This document shows, piece by piece, positions 10,245-20,753 of a stretch of DNA of 64,000 bases (position 1 is its first letter; each line of letters starts with the position of its first letter). The position numbers and the translations under genes are program-made. The notes under the pieces are model-generated. The model ran no database searches and was not told the origin of the DNA. It was given only the letters and a program-made list of their open reading frames with translations. Source of the stretch: Methanomassiliicoccaceae archaeon (GTDB lineage Archaea; Thermoplasmatota; Thermoplasmata; Methanomassiliicoccales; Methanomassiliicoccaceae); assembly GCA_040776945.1 (NCBI GenBank), contig JAXGZN010000002.1, forward strand, positions 704,001 to 768,000, written 5' to 3'.

Positions 10245-11585
10245 ATGGTCCTGGAAAACCTCGGTCAATCGCTACGCAACGTCCTGAAGAAGATCACCGG
10301 GGCATCGCATATAGACGAAGCGCTGGTCAAGGAGATCACCCGGGACATCCAGAGAGCGCTCCTGCAGGCCGACGTGAATGTGAAACTGGTCCTGGAGATG
10401 ACCAAGGAGGTGGAGCGGAGGGCGCTCAACGAGCAGCCTCCGGCCGGCACCAGCCCCAAGGAGCACGTGGTGCGCATCATCTACGATGAGCTGATCAAGA
10501 TCCTTGGATCTCAGAGGCCGCTCCCCATAGCCAAGCAGACCATAATGATGGTCGGCCTCTACGGCCAGGGGAAGACCACCACCACCGGCAAGCTCGGCCG
10601 CTATTTCCACAAGAAAGGGCTCAAGGTAGGGCTGATAGCAGCCGACGTGCACCGGCCGGCAGCGTACGACCAGCTGAAGCAGATCGCGGACAAGGTGGGG
10701 GTGCCCATCTTCGGCAGGCCTGGAGAGAAGGACGCGGCCAAGATCGCCAAGGACGGCATGGAGCACTTCTCCAACGTGGACGTCGTGCTCGTGGACACCT
10801 CCGGCCGCCACGCGCTGGAGGACGACCTCATCGCCGAGCTGAAAAGGGTGGCCGACATCGTGAGCCCGACCGAGCGCATCCTGGTGCTCGATGCCGCGGT
10901 CGGGCAGCAGGCCGGACCGCAGGCCAAGGCGTTCCACGATGCCGTCGGCGTCACCAGCGTGATCATCACCAAGATGGACGGGACCGCGAAGGGCGGGGGC
11001 GCGCTTAGCGCAGTGGCCCAGACCAAGGCCTCGATCGTGTTCATCGGGACCGGGGAGCATCTCACCGACCTGGAGCCGTTTGAGCCCACCCGGTTCATCT
11101 CCCGGCTGCTGGGCATGGGGGACATCCAAAGCCTGCTGGAGGCGGCCAAGGACAACATCTCCGAGGCCGAGGCGGAAGAGACCGTCAAGAAGATGATGGC
11201 CGGGCGGTTCACCTTGAAGGAGATGTACGAGCAGATGGAGATGCTCACCAGCATGGGGCCGTTGAAGAAGCTGGTTTCGATGCTCCCGGGGATGCCGGGC
11301 CTCAGCGACAAGATCGATATGGAACAGAGCCAGGAGAAGCTCCGCAAGTTCCGCTACATCATGGACTCCATGACCGAGGAGGAGATGGAGGACCCCAAGC
11401 TCATCAAGTCCACCAGGATCAACCGCATTGCCCGAGGCGCCGGCGTGGAGAGCAAGGACGTCCGTGAGCTCCTTAAGCAATACAACATGTCCAAGAAGGC
11501 GGTCAAGGGCTTCATGGGGAACCGCAAGTTCCGCAAGCAGTTGATGAAACAGTTCCAGTCAGGGGACATGGGGCAATCCCAATGA
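10245..11585 (+). CDS. srp54: Signal recognition particle protein SRP54
   Basis: GLYGQGKTTT, DTSGR, TKMDGTAKGGG and Met-rich M domain. Confidence 0.97.
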   Translation: MVLENLGQSLRNVLKKITGASHIDEALVKEITRDIQRALLQADVNVKLVLEMTKEVERRALNEQPPAGTSPKEHVVRIIYDELIKILGSQRPLPIAKQTIMMVGLYGQGKTTTTGKLGRYFHKKGLKVGLIAADVHRPAAYDQLKQIADKVGVPIFGRPGEKDAAKIAKDGMEHFSNVDVVLVDTSGRHALEDDLIAELKRVADIVSPTERILVLDAAVGQQAGPQAKAFHDAVGVTSVIITKMDGTAKGGGALSAVAQTKASIVFIGTGEHLTDLEPFEPTRFISRLLGMGDIQSLLEAAKDNISEAEAEETVKKMMAGRFTLKEMYEQMEMLTSMGPLKKLVSMLPGMPGLSDKIDMEQSQEKLRKFRYIMDSMTEEEMEDPKLIKSTRINRIARGAGVESKDVRELLKQYNMSKKAVKGFMGNRKFRKQLMKQFQSGDMGQSQ

Positions 11586-12169
11586 AGCGGTTCGTCGTGG
11601 TCGGCCACCGGGCCGCAACCTCCGGCGATTTCAAGCTGGACGACATGGCCGGAGGCGCTGGCCGCTTGGACATCCTCCTTCGGTGCATCAACTCCGCCTT
11701 GTTCCTCTCGCACGGCATCAGGCGGGACGCCGAGATATACCTCGTCCTCTTGGGAGAGCCGAACCCTCCCCGCACGATCAGGATCAACGGCGGAGAGGTC
11801 CGGTACCTGAACCCGGACGAGAGATCGACCGGGGCGCTGGTCCGCAACGCCCTCCTTAAGAAGCTGGACGACGAGGAGATCAGGTCCTCCCCGGGAATAT
11901 ATGTGTCAAAGCGGTCCTTCGAGCAGGTGCTGCAGGACCTGGCCCCCATATCCCGTCTGGTTTATCTGAAGGAGGACGGAAAGGACGTCAGGGAGCAGGA
12001 CCTTGACGGAGATGTTACCTTCATCATCTCGGACCATCAGGACCTCCGAGAGGACGAGGAGAGGCTCCTGATGGAGCGGTCGCCCCTGACCGTTACCCTT
12101 GGTCCCACATCATACCATGCGGACCACTGCATCACCATCATGCTCAACGAGCTGGACCGGCGGGAATAG
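11582..12169 (+). CDS. trmY: tRNA (pseudouridine54-N1)-methyltransferase
   Basis: GRLDILLRCINSALFLSHGIR, PDERS and SPOUT C-terminus. Confidence 0.93.
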   Translation: MKRFVVVGHRAATSGDFKLDDMAGGAGRLDILLRCINSALFLSHGIRRDAEIYLVLLGEPNPPRTIRINGGEVRYLNPDERSTGALVRNALLKKLDDEEIRSSPGIYVSKRSFEQVLQDLAPISRLVYLKEDGKDVREQDLDGDVTFIISDHQDLREDEERLLMERSPLTVTLGPTSYHADHCITIMLNELDRRE

Positions 12170-12215
12170 AGAAACTTCATATCCAATGCCAGCGGTAGTC
12201 CTCTCAGGCTGACCT

Positions 12216-12380
12216 ATGAGAGCGATATGTCCTAGGGACGGTTGCGAGTACATCGCCTTCGGCGATGACGAGAGGGAGCTGAGAAAGGACCTGCGGTACC
12301 ATATCATGAGCATCCATAACTGCACCGATCTGCCTGACAAGCTGGAGATGCTCGACGAGAGCGGGGACCGGACCGCTTAG
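12216..12380 (+). CDS. Small metal-binding protein (DUF1059-like), 54 aa
   Basis: Manual translation MRAICPRDGCEY...YHIMSIH (C-x4-C..H-x4-H); below the ORF-track cutoff. Confidence 0.7.
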   Translation: MRAICPRDGCEYIAFGDDERELRKDLRYHIMSIHNCTDLPDKLEMLDESGDRTA

Positions 12381-12425
12381 TTATGTTTTTTACCTGATGC
12401 TTTCCCATAATAAGGGTGGGTGCTC

Positions 12426-12893
12426 ATGAGGCTCAAGGAAAAGGAGATCACCGACAGGGGCGAGATAGAGGAGCTCCTGTCCGGAGAGAAGGTGTGCAGG
12501 GTGGCGATGTGCGACGGCAATGCTCCGTATGTTGTTCCCACCACGTACGGGTACAAGGAAGGCGTCATCTATTTGCACTCGTCCAAGGCGGGGCGCAAGA
12601 TGGACGTCCTGAAGGAGAATGATCGAGTATGCATAGTTGTGGATACCGGGCATGACCTTGTGCAGGGCCCCCTTGACTCCTCCTGCGGATCGACCATCCG
12701 GTTCAAGAGCGTCATCGCCACCGGCCGCGCCAAGCTCGTGGAGGACGAGGCGGAGAAGCGGAGAGGGATGGACATAATCATGGCCCAGATGTTCGGGGAC
12801 CAGGCCTTCGAGTACTCTCCGGAGGGCATTCGGAACATGGCCATCATCAAGGTCGATCTGGAATCTGTGACCGGCAAGAGATCTGGATACTGA
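12426..12893 (+). CDS. Pyridoxamine 5'-phosphate oxidase family flavin-binding protein (NimA-like)
   Basis: PYVVP, IYLHSSKAGRK, FKSVIATG and TGK motifs. Confidence 0.9.
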   Translation: MRLKEKEITDRGEIEELLSGEKVCRVAMCDGNAPYVVPTTYGYKEGVIYLHSSKAGRKMDVLKENDRVCIVVDTGHDLVQGPLDSSCGSTIRFKSVIATGRAKLVEDEAEKRRGMDIIMAQMFGDQAFEYSPEGIRNMAIIKVDLESVTGKRSGY

Positions 12894-12969
12894 GGCGGGC
12901 ATGAGGCCGGAGAGCGGGCCCCGGCCGCCATAAGGAAACCTTTTAACAGGTGGTGCCGATGGGGCGGTC

Positions 12970-13161
12970 ATGAGCGAGAAGATCCCTCAGCACCGCCACT
13001 GCTCGAGCTGCGGGAAGGCGCACCTCGGAGATGGCCGTTTCTGTTCCGAGGTTTGCCAGAGGACCACAGGGGACACACTCAAGAAGAAGAAGCGGCAGCT
13101 CCTTATCTTGTACGGGATAACCATGGCCGTGCTGATCGCAGCGCTGCTCATGATCGGATGA
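12970..13161 (+). CDS. DUF2116-type Zn-ribbon membrane protein
   Basis: HRHCSSCG..FCSEVC plus C-terminal TM helix. Confidence 0.85.
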   Translation: MSEKIPQHRHCSSCGKAHLGDGRFCSEVCQRTTGDTLKKKKRQLLILYGITMAVLIAALLMIG

Positions 13162-13165
13162 TACC

Positions 13166-14131
13166 ATGAAGGCCGCCATGGGAGGCACCTTCAACGTTCT
13201 GCACCGGGGCCACCTGGCCCTCTTGGACCGCGCTTTCGAGGTGGCGGACGAGGTACTCATAGGGATCACCTCCGACGCCATGGCCTCCGCCATGAAGGCC
13301 GGGGTGAGGCCGCTGGAGGAGCGCAGGAAGGACCTGGAGGCCTACCTCCGGGGGAGGGGGGGCGCATGGAGCGTCGAGACCATCGACCGCCCGGACGAGC
13401 ACGTTGACGTGCGCGGCGACATCCAGGCGCTGATCGTTTCCCCGGAGACCTTGGCGACCGGCGAGAGCATAAACCGGGGGCGGAAGTCGAGGGGCCTGAT
13501 GCCGCTCAGGCTGGTGGTCGTGCCCCATGTCATCGCGGAGGATTTTCTGCCGATAGCCGCCCGTCGCGTGCTGGCCGGCGAGATCGATGCCGACGGCCGC
13601 CTGCTGCGGCCGCTCAGAGCGAGCGTGGGCTCCCTGAACCCGGTGAAGGTGAGTGCCGTCGAGCGCGTCCTATCCAAGCTGGTCGGCCGCGTCGAGGTCA
13701 CCGCCATAGAGGTCCGCTCAGGGGTTCCGGAGCAGCCTCGCGGAGAGGAGACCAGGAAGGGCGCGATGAACCGGGCGGCCGCCGCCTTGGGAGGGGCGGA
13801 CCTGGGGATCGGGCTTGAGGCCGGGGTGTTCGAGACCCAGGACGGCCTTTTTGATGTGCAGTACTGCGCGATCATCGACCGCAGAGGGAGGTTCAGCGTA
13901 GGCCACGGGATGGGTTTCCGCTACCCCAGTGAAGCGGCCGAGCTGGTCCGCGGAGGCATGACCGTCGGAGCTGCCTTCAGGGAACTGTACGGAAAGGGAC
14001 TGGATGGGCGCAAGGACGGGGCCATCGGATATCTCACAAGGGGCGCATTGGGCCGAACCGAGCTTGCCGAGCAGGCGGTGATGGCCGCCATGGTGCCAAG
14101 GATGAGGAGGGAGCTGTACAGCGACCTCTGA
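13166..14131 (+). CDS. coaD: Phosphopantetheine adenylyltransferase fused to an inosine/xanthosine triphosphatase (YjjX/DUF84) domain
   Basis: GGTFNVLHRGH and VSPET; then GSLNPVK, SGVPEQP, GLEAG and GAIGYLT. Confidence 0.9.
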   Translation: MKAAMGGTFNVLHRGHLALLDRAFEVADEVLIGITSDAMASAMKAGVRPLEERRKDLEAYLRGRGGAWSVETIDRPDEHVDVRGDIQALIVSPETLATGESINRGRKSRGLMPLRLVVVPHVIAEDFLPIAARRVLAGEIDADGRLLRPLRASVGSLNPVKVSAVERVLSKLVGRVEVTAIEVRSGVPEQPRGEETRKGAMNRAAAALGGADLGIGLEAGVFETQDGLFDVQYCAIIDRRGRFSVGHGMGFRYPSEAAELVRGGMTVGAAFRELYGKGLDGRKDGAIGYLTRGALGRTELAEQAVMAAMVPRMRRELYSDL

Positions 14132-14359
14132 TCACGCTCGAGCCTTCGGCTGCGGCCGCGCGCGGGCATGTTCCTTGAAGTTCCCTGCGCAGTTGGACAG
14201 CCCGACACACCCGAACCGCCGGTACTTGGAGCAGTAGAACCCCTGGACGTAGTGCTCGCAGGGCGGGTCCTTCTCCGCCCGGCACTTCTCGCCGATGCAG
14301 GCGAACCCCTTGTAGCGGCCGTCGCACCGGCCGTTCGCAAGGAGATAGTAGCATTTCAT
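14132..14359 (-). CDS. Small Cys-rich hypothetical protein
   Basis: 75 aa with 8 Cys; overlaps the stop of the upstream ORF. Confidence 0.6.
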   Translation of the reverse strand: MKCYYLLANGRCDGRYKGFACIGEKCRAEKDPPCEHYVQGFYCSKYRRFGCVGLSNCAGNFKEHARARPQPKARA

Positions 14360-14592
14360 CGGCCGCCCCTCCCGCTGATGAGCGGCGCCCCTAGGTCAAC
14401 AAAGTACAGGCTGGATGGAACGTGCGGTCCTAGGCCGGGGGTCTCGCGGCCCTCGCCCATGGTCCTTGGTGAAAGGGGGCGGCTGTGATAGGACGGCGCG
14501 ACGCGCTCCAAGCAGTTGCGTTCCCCGGCGCACTCGCCGGCGCTCACCATATGATGAGCGCAGCGGTTAGACCCATAGCTATAGCGGCACAA
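14356..14592 (-). CDS. Small Cys/His-containing hypothetical protein
   Basis: 78-aa ORF with 4 N-terminal Cys; start uncertain. Confidence 0.4.
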   Translation of the reverse strand: MCRYSYGSNRCAHHMVSAGECAGERNCLERVAPSYHSRPLSPRTMGEGRETPGLGPHVPSSLYFVDLGAPLISGRGGR

Positions 14593-14651
14593 TTTCCCAT
14601 CCCTGGGGCATTATGATTATCTATAAATATAAATTTTGGCCGCTGACCCGC

Positions 14652-17021
14652 CTAGGGTATGTATTCCTTCACCGCCTCCGCCATTTCCTTGAGCCGTCTC
14701 TGCACCAGGCCGTTGATGGTCCCCTCGGGATAGCTCCCGTCCTTTGCACGCTTCCCCGCCGGCACTCCGGTGAGCACCTCGATGCCCTCGTCTATGCTCT
14801 TCACCGCCCAGATGTGGAACTTGCCTTCCTTGATGGCCTCCACGACCTCCTCCTTGAGCATGAGGTTGTGGACGTTGGCCCAGGGGATCATGCATCCCTG
14901 CTCGCCGGTCAGACCGAGGAGCTTGCAGGTCTCGTAGAACCCTTCGATCTTGTAGTTGACCCCGCCGATGGCCTGCACCTCTCCTTTCTGGTTCACCGAA
15001 CCGGTCACGGCGATGTTCTGCCTTATCGGCACGCCTGAAAGCTCTGACAGAAGGGCGTACAGTTCGGTGCTTGACGCGCTGTCCCCGTCTATGCCGGAGT
15101 ATGACTGCTCAAAGACCACCCGGGCCGACAGCGACAGCGGGAAGGTGACGGCGTACCGCTCATGCAGGAAACCGCTGATGATCATGACCCCCTTGGTATG
15201 GGTCGCGCCTCCCATCTCCGCAAGGCGCTCGATGTCGATGATGCCCTCGCGGCCGACACCGACGGAGGCGGTGATCCGGGACGGCCGGCCGAAGACGAAA
15301 TCACCGACGCTCAGCACCGCCAGGCCGTTCAGTTGCCCGACCTTCTTTCCGTCCACGTCAATGAGGATGGTTCCCTCCTCGATGAACTCCTCGATCTTCT
15401 CCTGGATCATGTTGGAGCGGTAGTCCTTCTCCTCGATCTGCTTTCGTATGTGGTCCCTGGAAATCTCGGAGGCGCCATCCTCTGAAGCGTAGAAAGAGGC
15501 CTCCCGGACCATGTCCGCCACCAAGACGAACTCGGTGGACAGCTTCTCCTGGTCCTCGGCCATCCTGGAGGATTGCTCGACGACCGCCGCCAGCGCGCTG
15601 GCGTCGAGGTGCAGGAGCCCTTCCTTCAGGACCAGCCCGCACACGAACTTCACGTACCGCTCTACGTTCTCCGGGGTGCGGTCCATGGTGGTGTCGAAGT
15701 CCGCCTTGACCTTGAACAGCTTCTTGAAGTCGGGGTCCAGCGAGTACAGCACGGAATAGGTCTGAGGGTTCCCGATGAGCACCACCTTGGCGGTGAACGG
15801 GATCGGCTCGGGCCGCAGCGTCTTGGTGATTATGTATCCCAGGCGCGCCATGGGGTCTTCCAGCTCCAGCCTGGCGTTGGATATCGTCTGCTTGAGGCTC
15901 TCCCATACCAGAGGGTCCTGGAACATCCTCTCGGCCGGGATCACCAGGAAGCCTCCGTTGGCGCGATGCGCCGAGCCCCCTCGGATCATGGTATAGTCGG
16001 TTATCAGGGTGCCGAACCTCGCCTCGCGCTCAGAGTAGCCGAACAACCTCGGGTAGTTGGGGTTCTGCTCGAACTCTACCGGCGCTCCCTCGGTCTTCGA
16101 GTTGTCCACGACCAGGTTGACGCGGTAGTTGCGGGTGGGGTCGATCACAGGGGTGTTGGGGCCGCCAGGCTGAGGGTTGAGGAACAGCGGCACGTTGTCC
16201 ACGATGTCCTTCTCCACCTCCATGAGGTATTCCAGCACCTCCTCGTTGTCCTTGAACTGCTCCTTCACCTCCCCAATGTAGGGCCCGACCGCGTAGTGGG
16301 CCACCTGGCGGTTGAGGTCCATTATCTCCTTGTCGACCTTCTTGACGATGTCCTGCATAGGGCGGAAGGTCTCCCCGATGCGCTGGTTCAGCTTCTCCCT
16401 CTCCGTCTGGATCTCTCTCTGCAGCGCCGCCGGCAGCTGGGCGAACTCCTGGTCCGTCAACGGATGGCCTTCCTGGTTGACCGGGGTGAGCTGGAGCCCG
16501 ATCTGAGAGGGCTGAACGATGAAGCCGGCCTCCTGGGCCATGGCATTGACCTTCTCCACTATCTCGTTCCTCTCCTGGCTGATGCTTGCGGTGATCGCCT
16601 CGCGCTTCTTGGCGTAGTCCGCGGACTCGAACGCCTCCCGGAGCGCCGGCGCGATCTGGCCGATGAGGCGCTCCATGGCATCCTGGAAACCCCGCCCCCG
16701 GCCGGCAGGCATCTCTATCGCCCGGGGCTTGGAGGAGTCGTTGAAGTTGTTGACGTAGCACCAGTCCGGCGGCACCGGCATCTTGCTCGCCTGAACCCTT
16801 ACGAAGTCGTGGATCGCCGTCTTCCTTCCGGTGCCTGGAATGCCGGACACGAATATGTTGAAGCCTTGGCTGGCGATCCTCAGCCCGAACTGCATCGCCT
16901 TCACCGCCCGGTCCTGGCCCACTATGGTGCCCAGAGGGGTGAGCTGGGAGGTGCTGTCGCATTCGATGTCCTTCTTCTCGCAGGTACGGCGGACCTCTTT
17001 GTAAGTCAGTTCCTGGACCAT
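14652..17021 (-). CDS. Lon-like protease (AAA_32/LonC-type, peptidase S16)
   Basis: GQDRA, GIPGTGRKT, HRANGGFL, Ser-Lys dyad DGDSASS...VNYKIEGF. Confidence 0.92.
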   Translation of the reverse strand: MVQELTYKEVRRTCEKKDIECDSTSQLTPLGTIVGQDRAVKAMQFGLRIASQGFNIFVSGIPGTGRKTAIHDFVRVQASKMPVPPDWCYVNNFNDSSKPRAIEMPAGRGRGFQDAMERLIGQIAPALREAFESADYAKKREAITASISQERNEIVEKVNAMAQEAGFIVQPSQIGLQLTPVNQEGHPLTDQEFAQLPAALQREIQTEREKLNQRIGETFRPMQDIVKKVDKEIMDLNRQVAHYAVGPYIGEVKEQFKDNEEVLEYLMEVEKDIVDNVPLFLNPQPGGPNTPVIDPTRNYRVNLVVDNSKTEGAPVEFEQNPNYPRLFGYSEREARFGTLITDYTMIRGGSAHRANGGFLVIPAERMFQDPLVWESLKQTISNARLELEDPMARLGYIITKTLRPEPIPFTAKVVLIGNPQTYSVLYSLDPDFKKLFKVKADFDTTMDRTPENVERYVKFVCGLVLKEGLLHLDASALAAVVEQSSRMAEDQEKLSTEFVLVADMVREASFYASEDGASEISRDHIRKQIEEKDYRSNMIQEKIEEFIEEGTILIDVDGKKVGQLNGLAVLSVGDFVFGRPSRITASVGVGREGIIDIERLAEMGGATHTKGVMIISGFLHERYAVTFPLSLSARVVFEQSYSGIDGDSASSTELYALLSELSGVPIRQNIAVTGSVNQKGEVQAIGGVNYKIEGFYETCKLLGLTGEQGCMIPWANVHNLMLKEEVVEAIKEGKFHIWAVKSIDEGIEVLTGVPAGKRAKDGSYPEGTINGLVQRRLKEMAEAVKEYIP

Positions 17022-17065
17022 GATCTCATATAATCGAACATAGTCTCGAATAAATAAAATCGTCC

Positions 17066-17992
17066 CTAGGCCGCCGTGGATGCCTCCGGACGCTTGCTCC
17101 GGGAGAACGTGAACCTGCTGACGTAGATCAGCCAAGCTATGTCCACGGTCATGCACACGGTGGCCGGGACCGCTGCCTCCGGCCCCAAGAGGGCCATGGC
17201 AAGCGCGGCGGCCATGCCAGTGTTCTTATGCGTCGCGAACAGCACCGCGGGAACGCGGCGCTCCCAGGCCGCGCCCCTTCTTCGTCCGTAACGCTCCACC
17301 GCGATCCCGACCCCGAAGGTCTTTACAGCCGCAACCGCCACCAGAGCGGCCAACAGGCCGGGCTCGCCGAAGAACACGCTGCGGTTGGCGCCTGCCACCG
17401 CGATCACCAGCACCCCGAAGGCGATGTTGATGACCGCGCTCCTGGCATAGGGGGAGATGTTCGCCATCCTCAGGCCCCTGGAGATCAACACGGGCACGGC
17501 GATCAGCAGGCCCACGTACCACAGCAGGGTCTCGACGCTCACCGCCTGCCCGATGAACACCAGGGTCAGCAGCGGGGTGAGGACCAGTGCGATCAGGTAC
17601 ATCGCCGCCGAGGAGACCAGGGTCCCCTCAAGGTCCCCTCCGAGGATGAGGGTGAAGGGAATGACCGAGACCGCCGATGGGACCGCAGCGGCCAGGACCC
17701 ACCCTGCTCTCAGGTCCCCGGTGAAAAGGAAGGCCATGGCTATGGTGATGCCGGTGGCCAGCCCGAACGACAGAATGAAGGCGTCGCGGAAAGCGGCGCG
17801 ATGCGCTGCCAGCTTGAGCCCCCTCAGTCTCATGGCGCATAGCGAGAAGGACATCATGGCCATCAGGGAGAGCATGGCCACGTCCTTGTTCATCTTGGGA
17901 TAGACTTCGGGGAACCCCCCGAAAAGGAGGGCGATCACCAGTGCCGCGATCATCACCGCCGCGTTGTTCCCGAGAAGGTCCCTAGGCCGCAC
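17066..17992 (-). CDS. Bile acid:sodium symporter (BASS) family transporter
   Basis: Multiple TM helices; PSAVS and HKNTGMAAALA motifs. Confidence 0.8.
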   Translation of the reverse strand: MRPRDLLGNNAAVMIAALVIALLFGGFPEVYPKMNKDVAMLSLMAMMSFSLCAMRLRGLKLAAHRAAFRDAFILSFGLATGITIAMAFLFTGDLRAGWVLAAAVPSAVSVIPFTLILGGDLEGTLVSSAAMYLIALVLTPLLTLVFIGQAVSVETLLWYVGLLIAVPVLISRGLRMANISPYARSAVINIAFGVLVIAVAGANRSVFFGEPGLLAALVAVAAVKTFGVGIAVERYGRRRGAAWERRVPAVLFATHKNTGMAAALAMALLGPEAAVPATVCMTVDIAWLIYVSRFTFSRSKRPEASTAA

Positions 17993-18044
17993 GGCGCGAG
18001 ATTCCCTTCCCAGATTAGTATCTTTCCGGCAGGGCGATATACCG

Positions 18045-19004
18045 ATGGGTCCCATAGATGGAGTGGTGTCCCCCCTCGACCGTGAGCGCCGGCTGTTCGC
18101 GGTGCTCAACCCTAGATCGGGCATCGGCTCCGCCCTTTATCTCAAGAACGAGATACTGGCCGGTCTCAGGGGCCTCCATGTCGAGCACGTTGTCCTGAGG
18201 AAGAGCGATGATATCCTCGATATCGTGAGAGGTGCCATCGAGGCGGGGGCGAACGAGATAGTGGCCGTGGGCGGGGACGGGACCGTTTCGGGGGTTGCGG
18301 AGGCGGTGGCCGGCACGGACGCGGCCATGGGCATAGTGCCGACCGGAACGGCCAACATGGTCGCCAGGGAACTGAGGTTGCCGCTATCCATCGCCTCCTC
18401 CACCAGGACCATTCGTGCCAGGAGGGGCGTGGTGAGGATGGACGCCATGAGCTCCGGCGGCCGGAGCTTCATCTATCAGGTGGCGGTGGGCGTAGGCGCT
18501 GACGTCAACCGCCGCGTGGCCAAGCCGGAGAAGGAGCTGCTTGGCCGTTCATCCTATCTGCTGGGCATGCTCCGGGCCCTTAGCGATATGCGCCCCCTTA
18601 TGGTCAGATGCCGCATCGACGGCCGCGAAGTGGAGATGTTGGTGAACCAGCTCTTGATCGCCAACGCTGGCATACTGGGCACGGCGCCCCTGCGCCTCGG
18701 CCCGGGCATTCGGCCAGATGACGGCAAGGTGGAGGTCGTGGTCCTGAGCGGCCAAGGCCGTCTGGACCTTATCGGCTCAACGATGGATATGGTGCTCGGC
18801 AACTATGGCGGTCCCGGGCTGAGGTACTTCGATGCTCGCCGCGAGGTGGTCCTGGACACCGAGCCGCCAGCTGTCGTCAAGGCCGACGGCGAGTTCGTTG
18901 GGCGGACCCCATTGACGGTCCAGGTGCGCCCCGGGGCGGTAAAGGTCATCGCTCCCGCGGCGGGAGCGCCACGGTCCCGGCAGTGGCCGCTTCTTCCATG
19001 GTGA
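18045..19004 (+). CDS. Diacylglycerol kinase family lipid kinase (YegS-like)
   Basis: NPRSG, GGDGT, PTGTAN and DGE motifs. Confidence 0.92.
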   Translation: MGPIDGVVSPLDRERRLFAVLNPRSGIGSALYLKNEILAGLRGLHVEHVVLRKSDDILDIVRGAIEAGANEIVAVGGDGTVSGVAEAVAGTDAAMGIVPTGTANMVARELRLPLSIASSTRTIRARRGVVRMDAMSSGGRSFIYQVAVGVGADVNRRVAKPEKELLGRSSYLLGMLRALSDMRPLMVRCRIDGREVEMLVNQLLIANAGILGTAPLRLGPGIRPDDGKVEVVVLSGQGRLDLIGSTMDMVLGNYGGPGLRYFDARREVVLDTEPPAVVKADGEFVGRTPLTVQVRPGAVKVIAPAAGAPRSRQWPLLPW

Positions 19005-19526
19005 GGATGTCAGCTCACGGCCGGCCGTTCGAGGAGGTGCGGAAGGGTGGTTCGGGAACATGAAGCGCTGGGCACATCGAGGCGCCTCATCGCGTCGGGA
19101 AGCGACCGGGCTGTCGGCCTCATCGAGAGCGCTCCCCTAGGTGCTCAGCCCTCCACCTCTCCCGTTCGCTCAGCGTCGGACCGCAGGGAACGCCTCGGCT
19201 CTGGCCTGCTCGATCATCGGCCATTCCTATCTGCCTGCCCGTGAGGGGGACCTGACCTTCGGACCGTTCATCGCTGGGTCTTGCCATGTTCACGCAGCAA
19301 TGCGCCGGATTGCCGCAACCCGATCGGTCCCGAGAGGTCCAGGGAGCATGAGGCATCGGCCCGGCCGTTCCGAAGACGCCTGCCGCCGGTGGTCAAGGCA
19401 GGCTACGTGGCGATGGCGTCCCTGCGAACGGAGCTTGGGGCCCTCCGTAGCGGGATCGCCCGGCGGGCATGAGAAAAAGGTGGTCGGACCGAGGCCCGTT
19501 GACGTTCTCGCTCGGTGGACCATGGT

Positions 19527-20753
19527 TCATTCGTCGGCGAACAGTGCCCTCAGGTCCACCATCTGCCAGTCCGAGAACTTATATCCGCGCACCCATAGGC
19601 ATAGGTCCTCAGGCACAGCGACCACCTGCAGCACCGTCCCCTTGTGCACCGCTCCGCCATCCTTGAACTCGATGTCCATCAGCTCCTTCATGGCGGCCGC
19701 GTCCAGCTTCCCGTAGAACCGTTCCGAGCGGGCCAAGCTCACGAGGTTGTCGTAGCGTCCATCGTCCTCCCGCGCGGGCGTGACCTTTCCCTCCCACGTG
19801 CCCGGGTAGGGCGGCACAAAGCTGTTGTAGGCTACGAGCAGGCCATTTTCATCACCCTCGCGCACACGGCAGTCGAAGGTCGCCCTTTCGACGGAGACCG
19901 CTCGGTCGAGATCGGCGAGCTGGATGATGTATGCCGCTTCCGCCGGGATGCCTGCGAGATATTCTGCAGCCTCATCTATGGTCCCACACCTCGTCAATGC
20001 GTCGGCGAGCACCGACACGCTGCTCTCCCGGTCCTCAAAGGTGCTCAGGTCCGAGTACATGCCGTTGTTGAGCTCCAGGAACAGACCGCGCTCGTTGATT
20101 CCCGTCTCCATGTAGACATTGCCCAGCGGATGCACGTTGGCATATGCGATGCCCTCGTCGGGATGGAAGACCGCCACTGACAGATATCTCATGTATCCGA
20201 GCATGCCGTCGCGCATCATGTCCCAGTTCCTCCCGAACACGAGCTTTCCGCCCGGCGCGTATGCTCCCCACGCGCCGATGCCGCTGCAGGCGTCGTTGCT
20301 CTCCGCTTCCAGCAATACTCCCGATAGATTGAAAATGCCGACATTGAGCAGCCGTATCTCGTCGCTGGTGAGCCCCGATGTTTCGACCATGCCGTCCATA
20401 AGATCGTTCAGGCCGGCGGATAGGTCTCCCGAAAGCCCTCTCGCCACGATAAGCTGGTCCTCCAGGCTCATGCCGCGCCTCTCCAGGTCGGATGTGATCT
20501 CCGTGTAGAACGCCTTCAGGTCGGCCTTGACGAGAGCGCCGTACTGCCGCCCCATCTCCCTCCACGTTCCCTTGAGGTCCAACACCCAATAGATGTCATC
20601 TGCGGTGCGGTAGGCCGTCCCGCCCTCGAAGGTGGCGGTCCTGATCAGTCCTTTTTCATCCGGCCCACGGGACGAAAGCTCACATGATGAGAGCATGAAG
20701 GTGGCGAGCAGGAGCGCGATGATCGCTACGGCGTAGTACTTTGTTGTGCCCAA
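19527..20753 (-). CDS. Secreted peptidase C45 / Ntn-hydrolase family protein
   Basis: Signal peptide; ACSGIGAW nucleophile, GRNWD and TGINERGL. Confidence 0.85.
   Translation of the reverse strand: MGTTKYYAVAIIALLLATFMLSSCELSSRGPDEKGLIRTATFEGGTAYRTADDIYWVLDLKGTWREMGRQYGALVKADLKAFYTEITSDLERRGMSLEDQLIVARGLSGDLSAGLNDLMDGMVETSGLTSDEIRLLNVGIFNLSGVLLEAESNDACSGIGAWGAYAPGGKLVFGRNWDMMRDGMLGYMRYLSVAVFHPDEGIAYANVHPLGNVYMETGINERGLFLELNNGMYSDLSTFEDRESSVSVLADALTRCGTIDEAAEYLAGIPAEAAYIIQLADLDRAVSVERATFDCRVREGDENGLLVAYNSFVPPYPGTWEGKVTPAREDDGRYDNLVSLARSERFYGKLDAAAMKELMDIEFKDGGAVHKGTVLQVVAVPEDLCLWVRGYKFSDWQMVDLRALFADE

Noticed and set aside
13166-14131. CoaD-YjjX fusion as a novelty
   Set aside because: This fusion is already known from Thermoplasmata
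3885-17066. TAG stops of purB, the GvpD-like gene, COG1340, trmY and lon as pyrrolysine codons
   Set aside because: They fall at the expected family C-termini, so they are ordinary stops
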